DNA from: Candidatus Poribacteria bacterium
Lineage (GTDB): Bacteria; Poribacteria; WGA-4E; WGA-3G
Assembly (NCBI GenBank): GCA_965197475.1
Contig: CBDANF010000003.1
Span: 2,560,001-2,624,000 of the forward strand
DNA: 64,000 nucleotides
Direction: 5' to 3'
Positions 39,644-50,663 of the stretch are shown here, one piece after another. How positions within the stretch are numbered: position 1 is the first letter of the stretch; every line of letters starts with the position of its first letter. The notes under the pieces were generated by a model. That model was given only the letters and a program-made list of their open reading frames with translations, was not told the DNA's origin and ran no database searches. The position numbers and the translations under genes were made by a program.

Positions 39644-40447
39644 CTACTTATTTTTTATGGCACTCCATGTCGTGGCGAGTTTGCCATTCGGTTCAACATC
39701 AAGCGTATCCACAACCAAGTTGTTAATTTCTTTTTCACTGAGAACAGCGTTGTAGATTCTTGCATCTTCAACACGAGCGACGACCCAACCGTGGGCTGTT
39801 CCAGCAATAAGGGCGCGAGGACCGAAGAGTGCTTCCACATCGCCTGCTACCCAAGATACAATTGGTCCCATCGTATAATCGCCGATTATCTCTCCATTAC
39901 GGTATATCATAATCTTTGCATTGCCGCCATCATCTTCGTAAGAAATTGCCAATTGAATAAGTTTACCTGTCTCTTTTTCCGCAGACCCGTGGGATGCATT
40001 TTGGGTGCGTTTAAAGTTACTGCTACCAGCCATCCAATGTTTCGCGTGCTTCTCGGCGTAGACGATAGTGTCAAACGTATCGCCACTGCTCTTATTTACT
40101 GCAAGTGGCGCACCATGTGTGACGTTAAGGTCGTCTAAATATATCCACGTTACCAAAGTTTTATCGGGACCAATCTTCGGACCTTCATATCCCGTGGTCA
40201 ATGCCCATTTATTGCTGCCGATGTGCAATTTGCCATCCTTGACTTCGGCACCCCTAAATTCAATATCCCCAAAATTACCTGTAAGATCTTTTTGTTCAAC
40301 CCCATTTTCAAATGTCCAGTGTCCAATCAAATCTTCCTTCTTCTCTCCCTGCCCAAACGCTGTTGATAGCGAAAAACTGAGTAGAAGCAGTACAGAGAAG
40401 ACCCATACGAAAATGTGTACCAAGTGTTTCACGGTTACTTCCTCCAT
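39644..40447 (-). CDS. Secreted LamG/concanavalin A-like protein with C-terminal VEPNGKLATTWSAIK motif
   Basis: LIGHWTFE, IYRNG, EDARIYNAVLSEKEI. Confidence 0.85.
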   Translation of the reverse strand: MEEVTVKHLVHIFVWVFSVLLLLSFSLSTAFGQGEKKEDLIGHWTFENGVEQKDLTGNFGDIEFRGAEVKDGKLHIGSNKWALTTGYEGPKIGPDKTLVTWIYLDDLNVTHGAPLAVNKSSGDTFDTIVYAEKHAKHWMAGSSNFKRTQNASHGSAEKETGKLIQLAISYEDDGGNAKIMIYRNGEIIGDYTMGPIVSWVAGDVEALFGPRALIAGTAHGWVVARVEDARIYNAVLSEKEINNLVVDTLDVEPNGKLATTWSAIKNK

Positions 40448-40615
40448 TGTTGACTCGGGTTAAGATTTTCTTACAATCGCTGAAATTAAAGTTAAGCATA
40501 TCACACACAATAAAAAATGTCACGTTTATTCAGCAGACGAAAAAACTTGCAATTTCCAAAAAAATTTGGTAAAATTAAGATGAATTCCTTTCATAATCAG
40601 GAGGATATATACCAA

Positions 40616-40867
40616 ATGGACATTAGAATTGAGTATTGCACATCCTGAAACTATAAACCACGGGCAGCCAGTTTGGCAGAAGCCTTAGAAGAAAAATGTA
40701 GTGGTCAGGTTGAGAACGTGAAGCTCGTTGAAAGTAGTGGTGGTGCTTTTGAAGTATACCTAAATGAGGAATTGCTCTACTCTAAGTTAGAGGCGCGAAA
40801 ATTTCCAACAACGGAGCAAATCACCACAGCAATTGACAAAGTATCCACAGCAATTGACAAAGTGTAA
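40616..40867 (+). CDS. SelT/SelW/SelH (Rdx) family selenoprotein, CxxU
   Basis: AGGAGG RBS; MDIRIEYCTS-TGA(40646)-NYKPRAASLA..SSGGAFEV.L....LYSK..FP. Confidence 0.92.
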
Positions 40868-40877
40868 CGAATAACAG

Positions 40878-40918
40878 CGGGCATGGTAGACCAACTACCA
40901 TGCCCGTTCTCTTTCTTT
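40878..40918 (+). terminator. Rho-independent terminator
   Basis: cgggcatggtag-accaa-ctaccatgcccg followed by a T-rich tail. Confidence 0.8.
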
Positions 40919-41019
40919 AAATCTAACTAAAACATATTCCCATCATATTATTTTGGTAACATATCATCTACCAAATCATAGTTGTTCAAAAAGAATAATA
41001 CATTACGCTTCTCCGTTTT

Positions 41020-42081
41020 CTACAGAAAAAGTACCCACATCGGATTTTTACCAACCTCATAACTTTCCAAATGCGTGAGTAAACCACTACCCCGATTGAT
41101 ACGATAAGTAGCAAGTTTCCCTGATCCTTGTCCGCCAACAAATAGGAAATTCCCTGTTTCGTCAATATTGAAAACGCGCGGTGTTGGCTCTGTTAGTTGA
41201 TGTCCCAACGCGGTTAATTCACCATTCTTTTCATCAATTGAAAATATCGCTATGCTGTCATGCCCGCGATTGGAAACATAAAGATACTTCGCTTGCGGAT
41301 CAATGTGAATTTGTGCGCAGCTATTATGTTCATCAAAATCCGCGGGAAGGGTGGAAAGCGTTTGAAACTCCCACAAAAGTCCGGGGGCATCATGAACGGT
41401 GTAGTCGGGAACACCTTGCTTTGGGACCGATACCTCTGGATCACCTTTTTGAAGGTTGTAAGCGGAAACACTTGATCCCTGCTCATTTGAGAAATAAAAG
41501 ATAGGTTTGTTAGGATGTTCGCAGTAATGGCGAGGTCCTTCTGGATCATCAGGATTTAAATTCCCAAAGAAATTTTGGGTCAACATGCCTGTATCAGCAT
41601 CAAAGTGGAACTGATAAATTGCGTTCCGAGGCACGGTGTGAGGCACAAAGGCAAAACGGTTTGATACGTCTGTTTCAATGTAATGCGCGTGTGGTGCTGT
41701 TTCTATGATTTGGATCGGTTCACCCTGGACAGCTTTATCATCTCCGATTGCATGCACGGTAACCTTGCCAGCACCGTAATACGCTGAGAGTAAAAAATTA
41801 CCCGTCTTGTCTGTTGCGATGTAGCATGTATCCGCATCAAGTTTAATTGTTCGTAAAAGTGTTAGATGTTTATTTTTTTCATCAATACGGAAAGTTGAAA
41901 TTTCTCGACTGGAGCGAAGTCCGGCATACAAATAGTTACCACACGGTGAAGGGGTTAATGGTCCAGGTGAACCACTGACATCAACATTTTCCTGAAAGTC
42001 AATCGCGCCATTGGATACATCAAACGTATAAATAGCGATTCTGTTTTCTCCAGCAATAGATAGATAAACGTGAGACTGCAT
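41020..42081 (-). CDS. 6-phosphogluconolactonase-family (7-bladed propeller) lactonase
   Basis: HAH, GPRH..HP, SNRGHDSI, PRVFNID. Confidence 0.9.
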   Translation of the reverse strand: MQSHVYLSIAGENRIAIYTFDVSNGAIDFQENVDVSGSPGPLTPSPCGNYLYAGLRSSREISTFRIDEKNKHLTLLRTIKLDADTCYIATDKTGNFLLSAYYGAGKVTVHAIGDDKAVQGEPIQIIETAPHAHYIETDVSNRFAFVPHTVPRNAIYQFHFDADTGMLTQNFFGNLNPDDPEGPRHYCEHPNKPIFYFSNEQGSSVSAYNLQKGDPEVSVPKQGVPDYTVHDAPGLLWEFQTLSTLPADFDEHNSCAQIHIDPQAKYLYVSNRGHDSIAIFSIDEKNGELTALGHQLTEPTPRVFNIDETGNFLFVGGQGSGKLATYRINRGSGLLTHLESYEVGKNPMWVLFL

Positions 42082-42272
42082 ATTCTTGTTCCTCAAGTTT
42101 TTGGTTCTTATCTTTAGTCAATCTAAAAATACTTACACATTTCTTTAGATTTGCGGGGTTTGTAGTCGCGCAATTCACGTGCCTCCTACATTAAATTCAA
42201 ATTGTGAATGTCTTGGTGACATCTTTTCTTGCTCTCTATTGCAATTCAAACCGAAAAAACGAAATTACTTTC

Positions 42273-43262
42273 TCATTTTTTGCCTTTTTTGAGAGTGGAT
42301 TCAATCAGCGCATGGGTCTCTGGTTTGCTACAGAGACTGAGAAATACCTCGTGTTCAAGATCAAGCAGGTACTGTTCAGTAACAAACTGCGGTGCTGGAA
42401 GCATGCCTCCACAAAGTACGTAAGCCAATTTCTCAGCAAGAAACTGCTCATAATTGTTGACGGTATCGGCCTGTCGCAATTCCTGAACTTGCTGTTTTTG
42501 ACGCTTAATTCCTTCCTCTCCTAACACAAATACCTGCCGCGGTTGAGATGGTTGATAACCACTTTTCCAAAGTGAGAGTACCAATTGTTTCGCATCATCA
42601 AGGTGATTGGCTCTTTGCGTAGAGATAAGGTCGGTTTTTCGAAGATAACCGAGTTCTACTGCATCTGTAGCATTTTGCGAAACTTTCGCTTGATGAATAG
42701 TTTCAAATGCAGTATGGACATGTGAAAATAGCTGCTCAATTGGTGCTGATGTGTCTTGACTTTCTAAACAGCGGAATGCCATCTCAGTTGTCCCACTACC
42801 GCCGGGGATCAATCCAACGCGAAGTTCAACAAGTCCAAGTTTGCTGTTGGTGAAAGCCTGGACAGCATCTGCGCCGAACGCGATTTCACATCCGCCGCCG
42901 AGTGCCATACCAGCTATTGATGCTACTACAGGTTTTGTCGAAAGACGTAGACGGATGCAAACTTTCTGTAGGTTTCTAAGTGTTTTTGAAATCGCATCCC
43001 AGTTTTTACTTCGGGCGCGCTCTAATAAAAGAATGAGGTTAAGTCCTACCGAAAAATGGTCCGCTTCTGTGCCGATTACCATGCCTGAATAATTCGTTTC
43101 TACCACGTCCAGGGCAGAATCAAGAATCCCCAACGTGCTATCTTCAATAATGTTCAATTTACTATGTAGTTCAAAATAGGTGATACCGTCACCTATGTCA
43201 ATGAGACTTGCCACTTCATTTGAAATAATAGGTTTAGTATCTGCTGTTTTTGGGATTGGCAT
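42273..43262 (-). CDS. Enoyl-CoA hydratase-like protein (C-terminal half of FadN-type 3-hydroxyacyl-CoA dehydrogenase)
   Basis: ASLIDIGDG, ALGGGCE, GLVE..VGLIPG.SG, EQYLLDLE...F. Confidence 0.85.
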   Translation of the reverse strand: MPIPKTADTKPIISNEVASLIDIGDGITYFELHSKLNIIEDSTLGILDSALDVVETNYSGMVIGTEADHFSVGLNLILLLERARSKNWDAISKTLRNLQKVCIRLRLSTKPVVASIAGMALGGGCEIAFGADAVQAFTNSKLGLVELRVGLIPGGSGTTEMAFRCLESQDTSAPIEQLFSHVHTAFETIHQAKVSQNATDAVELGYLRKTDLISTQRANHLDDAKQLVLSLWKSGYQPSQPRQVFVLGEEGIKRQKQQVQELRQADTVNNYEQFLAEKLAYVLCGGMLPAPQFVTEQYLLDLEHEVFLSLCSKPETHALIESTLKKGKK

Positions 43263-43311
43263 TCTAAAATTACCTCAATAGTGAAAACTCAAGCTGCTTG
43301 TGAATGATCAA

Positions 43312-43710
43312 TTACGCATCAAAATTGTAGATGATTTGGTCGAAAGAATCGCGAGCAAAGGTGAATATGAAAACCAATGGTTCGGTTCCAGTACAACGGA
43401 CAGTATGTTTGGCATTAGGCGGAATGTAGACTGCTGAACCGGGACCGATTTCTGCTTCACAATCGTCAATCTCCATGTGCCCGTTGCCGCTGATGACGTA
43501 ATACGTTTCTTCTGGCTCATGATGGTGAAGCAAAAGCGAAGCACCAGGGGGTATCTCCGCTATTCCTGTGACAAGCCCGCTGCTCGGACCGCGTTCACCT
43601 GTGATAAGTAGTTTCCAGCGAATTGGACTTTTGGCGGCGATATCTGGGTCATCCCAACCTTCCCAGTCAAGTTCCGATTCATTGATTATTATAGGTTTCA
43701 ATATACTCAT
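43312..43710 (-). CDS. Cupin, DMSP-lyase DddK/DddW-like
   Basis: RWKLLI..SSGL..GIAEIPPG..L.LHHHEPEETY..G.G..VYIPPNAKH..F..DSF..I.Y. Confidence 0.75.
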   Translation of the reverse strand: MSILKPIIINESELDWEGWDDPDIAAKSPIRWKLLITGERGPSSGLVTGIAEIPPGASLLLHHHEPEETYYVISGNGHMEIDDCEAEIGPGSAVYIPPNAKHTVRCTGTEPLVFIFTFARDSFDQIIYNFDA

Positions 43711-43855
43711 AAGTGCTCCTCCTGCTTGGACTAAGCGTATACCTAATCAGACTAATGCAGACATCTTCACATGACACGCTAAGTTGATTTGGGGTTAATG
43801 TATTTTCGATTGACAATCTCAAACACTTGCGTTATTATACAGAAAAAGGAGAATT

Positions 43856-44140
43856 ATGACAATTCAAAAATTTCAGAAACAGATTGAAGACATCTATTTT
43901 ACGCGAGATGCTGAACGAGGAGTACCATTAACCTTCACATGGTTCGTTGAGGAGGTAGGTGAATTAGCAAAAGAGATTCGCAAACAGCCGCAGGATATTG
44001 AACGGTTACGTGAAGAATTCGCAGATGTTTTGGCTTGGCTAACTACTTTGGCAAGTTTGCTCGGTATTTCTCTTGAGGATGCAGCGCAAATCTATGCAGT
44101 AGGATGTCCGAAGTGCAACGCTACACCCTGCGGATGTTAA
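43856..44140 (+). CDS. MazG-like nucleotide pyrophosphohydrolase
   Basis: EEVGELA, EEFADVLAWL, C-terminal CPKC..PC.C. Confidence 0.9.
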   Translation: MTIQKFQKQIEDIYFTRDAERGVPLTFTWFVEEVGELAKEIRKQPQDIERLREEFADVLAWLTTLASLLGISLEDAAQIYAVGCPKCNATPCGC

Positions 44141-44167
44141 TCCATAATAGGCCTTGTAATTTTGGGA

Positions 44168-45538
44168 TTATTCGGGGAGTGGGCAGATTCCCTCAAATTC
44201 AATCAGCGCGGGTTCTTCGTTTACATCTAATTGGGATCGTCGCCCTTTAAATTTTACCTGTAACGCAGTTGGGTTGAGCAGTTTTAGGTCTAATTGGAGT
44301 ATATCTTCAACCGTGTTTGATAACTTCAAATGGAGTATTGAAACCAACCGTGCCAACTTATTAAATGTCAATGGTCTTGTTTTGAAGTGTTGATAGAGCT
44401 CTGGAATTGGAGATGTTAGAGCTTGCAGCCTATTGCCATATTGCGATGAAAGTTCGCCGCGTATCTGAACTTCTAACAGCATCTGGTCAAATACTGTCGC
44501 TTGCGTTAGGGAAGAACTCGGTGTTTCTAACTTTTCATCAAGGAGGAGTCGTTTAGCCCGCATGTTAGCAATCTGATCTAATGTAAGATGTTCAAAATTG
44601 ACTTTCTCTGTCCGATGCTTAAACACTTTTCCTGTCGTATCCTCAGTGAGAATGAGTTTCCACACAGTCTCTCCTTCGGCTGAAATTTGTGAAACTTCTC
44701 GCGGCTTTACCCATGCTGCATCTTCCTCATGTGCAAAAGCGAGTAGATCATGTCGATCTTTTCTCAATGAACACAGAAAAGCAGCATGTTTTGATGACGT
44801 AGGAGAAAGCGTTAGAGAAATCTTCTTTGAATCCCAGCACACTTCTTGAAACGGAATGAAAAAATGCTGTCCATTTACTGGACGGAATAACACGCAGTTA
44901 CCGGACTCCTTTTCTTCTTTGTCTGTAGCGTTTATAGATTCAGAGAATCCGGATGGCATGATGTTGAGAATCTTCTGAATACCAGAGTTCCAGTCTTCAT
45001 AGAGGTTAACATATTGAAAGGTTCGTAATGACTCACCTTCTCCGATGTCAATATCAGGAATCTCGCATTCGTTCAATTTTACAGGGATAAACCATATTTT
45101 ATCAATAGGCTTTTCCTGAAGCTTATCAATTGCGATAGACAATTCTTCAAACATGTATGTCTTTTCGCGAGCGTTATATTCCTTTGAAAAACATGCCATA
45201 AAGAAATCTCCATGATGAATTGTCTGCTGAATCGCTTGCTTCCACGGCATGCCAGGGTTTATATTATCCTTGTCTATCCAAACAGTTGCACCATTTGAGG
45301 TAAGAGCATGGCAAAGTTTATCTACGGCAGCTTTATTCTCATGGCAGTAGGAGATAAAGACGTGTCTCATTTCTCTGGCATGTTTAATTTCCATGTTGAC
45401 ATGGTTGATTAAGCGCGCTTTGAAAACTTCACGGCGTCTTTTATGTGCTTCGGGTCCTCGTCGGATTTGGGACGGCTCGGGAGCGTTATCCCGCGTGTAG
45501 GCTTCATAATCAAATTCAACTTCTTTTGTAGTATTCAT
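44168..45538 (-). CDS. TIR-domain protein with antitoxin-like N-terminus and unknown C-terminal domain
   Basis: HVFISYCHE, VWID...I.PG..W...I, EEL..A, FIPV.L. Confidence 0.85.
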   Translation of the reverse strand: MNTTKEVEFDYEAYTRDNAPEPSQIRRGPEAHKRRREVFKARLINHVNMEIKHAREMRHVFISYCHENKAAVDKLCHALTSNGATVWIDKDNINPGMPWKQAIQQTIHHGDFFMACFSKEYNAREKTYMFEELSIAIDKLQEKPIDKIWFIPVKLNECEIPDIDIGEGESLRTFQYVNLYEDWNSGIQKILNIMPSGFSESINATDKEEKESGNCVLFRPVNGQHFFIPFQEVCWDSKKISLTLSPTSSKHAAFLCSLRKDRHDLLAFAHEEDAAWVKPREVSQISAEGETVWKLILTEDTTGKVFKHRTEKVNFEHLTLDQIANMRAKRLLLDEKLETPSSSLTQATVFDQMLLEVQIRGELSSQYGNRLQALTSPIPELYQHFKTRPLTFNKLARLVSILHLKLSNTVEDILQLDLKLLNPTALQVKFKGRRSQLDVNEEPALIEFEGICPLPE

Positions 45539-45794
45539 TAAGAACTTCTCCTTTAGCCTCATAAGCGGTAATTAAACGATGGAATTCTTCACCTTCCGCG
45601 ATATAAATAATTATCAATACCCGATTAGTGACAGTTTTCCCTACATACATCTACCGATCTGCATGCCCTTGCGGGTCCGGAGCATCGTATCCCTTGTGAT
45701 CATCAAAAGCAGAAACCACTTCATAAAACCAGACGTTGTGCTTCCTTTGAACCTCCTCATACTTATCTGCGTCCCATACAAACCCAATATCCAT
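45516..45794 (-). pseudogene. BrnT-family toxin with internal amber codon
   Basis: MDIGFVWDADK....RKHNV.F.EV..AFDD...DR*MYVGKT..RVLIIIY....RLITAY; TAG at 45651-45653; overlaps the TIR gene start by 23 nt. Confidence 0.8.
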
Positions 45795-45835
45795 GCAGCA
45801 GACTCCATACGTTTAGGCAATTCAAACAACAACTG

Positions 45836-47116
45836 CTAATTCCCATTCAGAAAACGCTCAAAGTTTCCTCCGAACAAGTTGTTAACATCTCGCTCAATCT
45901 CTGACGTAGTAAGTGTCCACCCTACATCCAAGAGGGATTTGTATTTTTCAACCAAAACGTCAGCAATGGTCTGACGCGAGTGCTTCCATTTATAGATAAG
46001 TTGATCCAAGATTCGCGCATCGGAATGTTGTGGAATAACGCTCAAACCGAGTAACTCTATCCGCTCACGGGTTATCTCTTCAATGACACTCGGATTGTTC
46101 ATAAACCACCAACACCCAAAAATCATCAAATTCTTGAATTTGCGTCCTATTACACACAATTCATGTTGGTTTTCGCGGGAGAGAAGTGTCACAAGGAATT
46201 TATTGTCAGGGTTTTCACGGAGAAGTGTCTCCAGGCTGCTCAGATCCGCCTTTCCTGTGCCATCGCCTGCCATTCGAAGTTGAGGGTTAACTGCACGCTT
46301 AACGCCAATCATCAGTGCAAATGGGACGTTGAATTCACGAGAGACAGGTAAAATACAGTTGTCAAACAACCGACCAAGAATACCATCATCAGGGTATTGA
46401 AAATCAGGTGGTAGGGAAACAGCCATATATTTTGGGTTCATTCGCTGGATCCAGGTCTCCAAAAAACGCCGCACCTCTTTGTAGCCTTTTTTAGATGAGA
46501 GTTTAGGATCAACTTCATAGCCGAGTCCGCGTAGATGTTCATAAGCCGTTTCTTCGTAACTATTAATGAGAACATCCATCCGAAGTGCAGCTTCAAAACG
46601 GGTATCACCTGTATCACCCGATTCCCACACCGGTGCTTCTGTTGGATCAAACGGGTCATTCGTCATAACGACTTTAGAGACATTTGAACTCTCAAAAACG
46701 GTGTCTATAAACGCTTCTACAGTGGTATCCGAAAAATAGTCGCGGTAGTCCTGTAAGTTGCGAGAACCCACATCCAATCCTAATTCGTTCAATGTTGTCA
46801 CAACCCCGCGGCATGCTTCACTGATCGGTGAGTTTTCAATAAAGAGTGTCTGCCAAATCAGCTCTGCTTGCTGCATTTTAGTCATATCCCAAAAGTGTTG
46901 ATACGAGACATCTGATTTGCGGAATACCTCAGCGATGAGATAGTGATAGGTCAAAAGTTCATCAATCCCCCACAACAAAAGTTTGTCAAAAGGTGGACTA
47001 AAAAGATGCGTGTGAATATCGGTAATATTTTGGGAGTTAACAACTTCTGAAATGGTGGTTTTCAATTGATCGGCAGTTTCAATTTTTTGGTCACTTTTTT
47101 TATCGGGAACGTTCAT
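45836..47116 (-). CDS. uxaC: Uronate (glucuronate) isomerase, BH0493 type
   Basis: DIHTH, IDELLTYHYL, MTNDPFD, FGCWWF, PQHSDAR. Confidence 0.92.
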   Translation of the reverse strand: MNVPDKKSDQKIETADQLKTTISEVVNSQNITDIHTHLFSPPFDKLLLWGIDELLTYHYLIAEVFRKSDVSYQHFWDMTKMQQAELIWQTLFIENSPISEACRGVVTTLNELGLDVGSRNLQDYRDYFSDTTVEAFIDTVFESSNVSKVVMTNDPFDPTEAPVWESGDTGDTRFEAALRMDVLINSYEETAYEHLRGLGYEVDPKLSSKKGYKEVRRFLETWIQRMNPKYMAVSLPPDFQYPDDGILGRLFDNCILPVSREFNVPFALMIGVKRAVNPQLRMAGDGTGKADLSSLETLLRENPDNKFLVTLLSRENQHELCVIGRKFKNLMIFGCWWFMNNPSVIEEITRERIELLGLSVIPQHSDARILDQLIYKWKHSRQTIADVLVEKYKSLLDVGWTLTTSEIERDVNNLFGGNFERFLNGN

Positions 47117-47117
47117 A

Positions 47118-47594
47118 TTAGGGCTCCGAGTTAAGTTTGCGGCGGATATAATTTACGATTTCTTCAGGAGGATGTTTTCCAAATCGGATGTAAACACCTC
47201 GAAAGTTTTCAAGGCGTGTAGGTTCTGCAAAGGGACTGAGCAGCACCCCGTTTTTGTCAACGTAATAACTACGGAATGCTGACCAAGGACGCTCCAATTT
47301 GTAACAACAAGCGGTGACAACGAAATTTTCTATTCCGCAGTGGTAATGAAAAGGTAAAAAGTATTTGTAGAGCGGTCCGATCAGAAAAATTGCGGATAAT
47401 AGGATAACAATAGGGGACTTAAACCCAGAATTGATAACGATAAGAATAAAAGACAGAAACAGCAATAACAGCACGGACCGTTTCCAGCTCTCAACGAGGG
47501 GATGCACACGCCACGAAATTTCTTGTGCGTGTGTCTGTTCGGAGACAGAATCGAGAGAGTCAGTTTCTTCAACGGTCTGCTCTTTTTCCTTCAC
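47118..47594 (-). CDS. Conserved hypothetical membrane protein
   Basis: Two TM helices, LSPF..P.RLE.FRG motif, operonic with secG. Confidence 0.75.
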   Translation of the reverse strand: MKEKEQTVEETDSLDSVSEQTHAQEISWRVHPLVESWKRSVLLLLFLSFILIVINSGFKSPIVILLSAIFLIGPLYKYFLPFHYHCGIENFVVTACCYKLERPWSAFRSYYVDKNGVLLSPFAEPTRLENFRGVYIRFGKHPPEEIVNYIRRKLNSEP

Positions 47595-47597
47595 TTG

Positions 47598-48053
47598 TTA
47601 CTCTGTTTCTTCTTTAGGTATAATGGTGCCCTTTGGATCTTCCTCAGTCGTTTCAGTTGGAGTTTCCTCACTGTTTTCTTCTGTGGGCGTGACGGTGCCT
47701 TTTGAATCTTCTTCACCCGCATCCTCAACCACTTCGTCCGCGCTTTCAGTATCAGCAGCTTCTTGAACTTCTTGTGCTCCTTCATTTAGTGGTGTAAGGG
47801 TTTCATCTGCTGTTTCTCCATAAAACCGCATCAAGAAGAGCGAAATGACCATAAATCCTATAGCAATCCAAGTTGTTAGTTTGCTAAGAAATGTTGCAGC
47901 ACCATGACCACCAAGTACAGATTGCATTCCGGATGCGCCAAAAGCACTTGATGAAAGCCCTTCACCTTTGCTGTCTTGCAAAAGAATAATCAGTGTCAGG
48001 ACGACACAAATTGGAACGAAGAGTATGATTGCTATAGTTACGAAAACTCCCAT
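47598..48053 (-). CDS. secG: Preprotein translocase subunit SecG
   Basis: ILLQ..KG.GL...FG......G..GA.TFL.K.T; follows tpiA. Confidence 0.92.
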   Translation of the reverse strand: MGVFVTIAIILFVPICVVLTLIILLQDSKGEGLSSSAFGASGMQSVLGGHGAATFLSKLTTWIAIGFMVISLFLMRFYGETADETLTPLNEGAQEVQEAADTESADEVVEDAGEEDSKGTVTPTEENSEETPTETTEEDPKGTIIPKEETE

Positions 48054-48096
48054 AAGATATTCCTCTCTAAATTGCCTACAAGGCAATTTAATTTAG

Positions 48097-48863
48097 TTAT
48101 ATTACACTTTTCACAATTTGAGCGAAAGATTTGGCTTGAAGGCTTGCGCCACCAACAAGCGCACCATCAACATCGGGTTGTGACATAAGGTCTGCCGCGT
48201 TCTCTGGTTTCACACTACCACCGTACTGAATGCATATCTGAGATGCAACTTCGTCGGAGTAAGCGTTCCTCAACAATTTCCGGATATAACTGTGTACTTC
48301 CTGTGCTTGTGCAGGCGTTGCAGTTTTCCCTGTGCCGATTGCCCAGACAGGTTCATAGGCTATAACGCTTGACAACAATTCAGCGGCTGATAAGTCCGAA
48401 ATGCCGCCTGTAACATGATTTTCAATTACCTTTTCTGTGTGCCCTACTTCTCTGTCTTCCAGTTGTTCACCAACACAGATAATCGGCTTCAAGTCGTGAG
48501 AGAGTGCAGCTTTGACTTTTTGATTGACATCCTCATTTGTCTCACTGAAGAACTGCCGGCGCTCTGAATGTCCTATAATAACGTAGTCACACCCAGCATC
48601 TTTCAACATCGGTACTGACACTTCCCCGGTAAATGCGCCACTGTCCTCCCAATAGACATCTTGCGCAGCAAGATGAATGTTGCTGTCTTGTATAATATTA
48701 CTGACAGCAGCAAGTGCAGTAAAAGCGGGAGCAACAATAATTTCAACTCCGGTGCAGCCAGCAACTAAATCTTTTAACGCAGCCGTGAGAGCAACAGCCT
48801 CTGAAATTGTTTTATTTAGTTTCCAATTTCCTGCAATGATAGGTGTTCGCATAGTCCTTCCCA

Positions 48864-48864
<1 letters not shown>
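48097..48864 (-). CDS. tpiA: Triosephosphate isomerase
   Basis: AGNWK, GHSERR, AYEPVWAIGTG, YGGSV, LVGGASL. Confidence 0.98.
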
Positions 48865-49916
<1,052 letters not shown>

Positions 49917-50018
49917 TTACCTGATTTCATTATTTAAACTATAATAATTTATACTTTTTCAATACCTTAATAATTATACCTCAAAATGTAGTAAATTGCA
50001 AGTGTGTTATAGGGTGTG

Positions 50019-50640
50019 GCAGAGCCATTCAATTTTCGGTATCTCTCCCGATGAGTTTGAGTGCTTGTCTGGATGTGCGGCAAAATATCGGAATGAATAT
50101 GCTATTTCAGTGTATCCAGATGTGCGCGAAAGACTGATCACCGCATTTCGTAATGCACACATTACTTGTGGAATACTACCACAACGCACTTGTGAAGCAT
50201 CTTCACCAAACAACATATCGCGGGTGTGATGCGCCAAGTTCTCTATTGCCCAATGTCCACGCCGTAGTGTCAAAAGTCGTGCTGCGGCGCCGTCTTCTGG
50301 TGGCAAACATGTTATCCCATATTGTATCCAATGTGTTGTTTCCTGTGCGGGTATGCGTGCGTTCGCATCGGTATTGATTGATACATTTGTGCAAGCCTCG
50401 GCCATGACAAATAGTCTGTGAGGGCGGTGCTAGCAGTAAGCGTGCGTGTTTGTATCCAACCGTGTCCTTTTTCAACAGCACTATAACTGCGATACCCACA
50501 CAGCATTGCGACAACCGTGAGACCTAAAATGGCTGGCAGCGGATGGCGTTTGCCTTGTGACATGTGTGGCGTGAAAAGACAAGCAACACATGGTGATAAC
50601 CTATACAACAATATGTATTTCGAAAATTGAATGGCTCTGC
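50019..50640 (-). mobile_element. Internally deleted ISAs1-family element
   Basis: Perfect 20-bp IR gcagagccattcaattttcg / cgaaaattgaatggctctgc; fragments GKRHPL..IL..AMLCG, EKGHG.I.TR, YGIT.L, RGHWAIEN..H..RD..F.ED. Confidence 0.88.
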
Positions 50641-50663
50641 ATCAAAATAGAAGTAGTACATAC

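Noticed and set aside
39416-40138. 240-aa plus-strand ORF
   Set aside because: Antisense shadow of the LamG gene that runs across an IS end.
19804-45653. Several in-frame TAG codons (19804, ~34871, 38741, 45651) suggesting amber recoding or pyrrolysine
   Set aside because: TAG ends intact genes normally (TonB receptor, amidase, uxaC). The interrupted sites correspond to different residues (Trp, Gln), and two of those genes also carry frameshifts, so ordinary pseudogenisation explains them.
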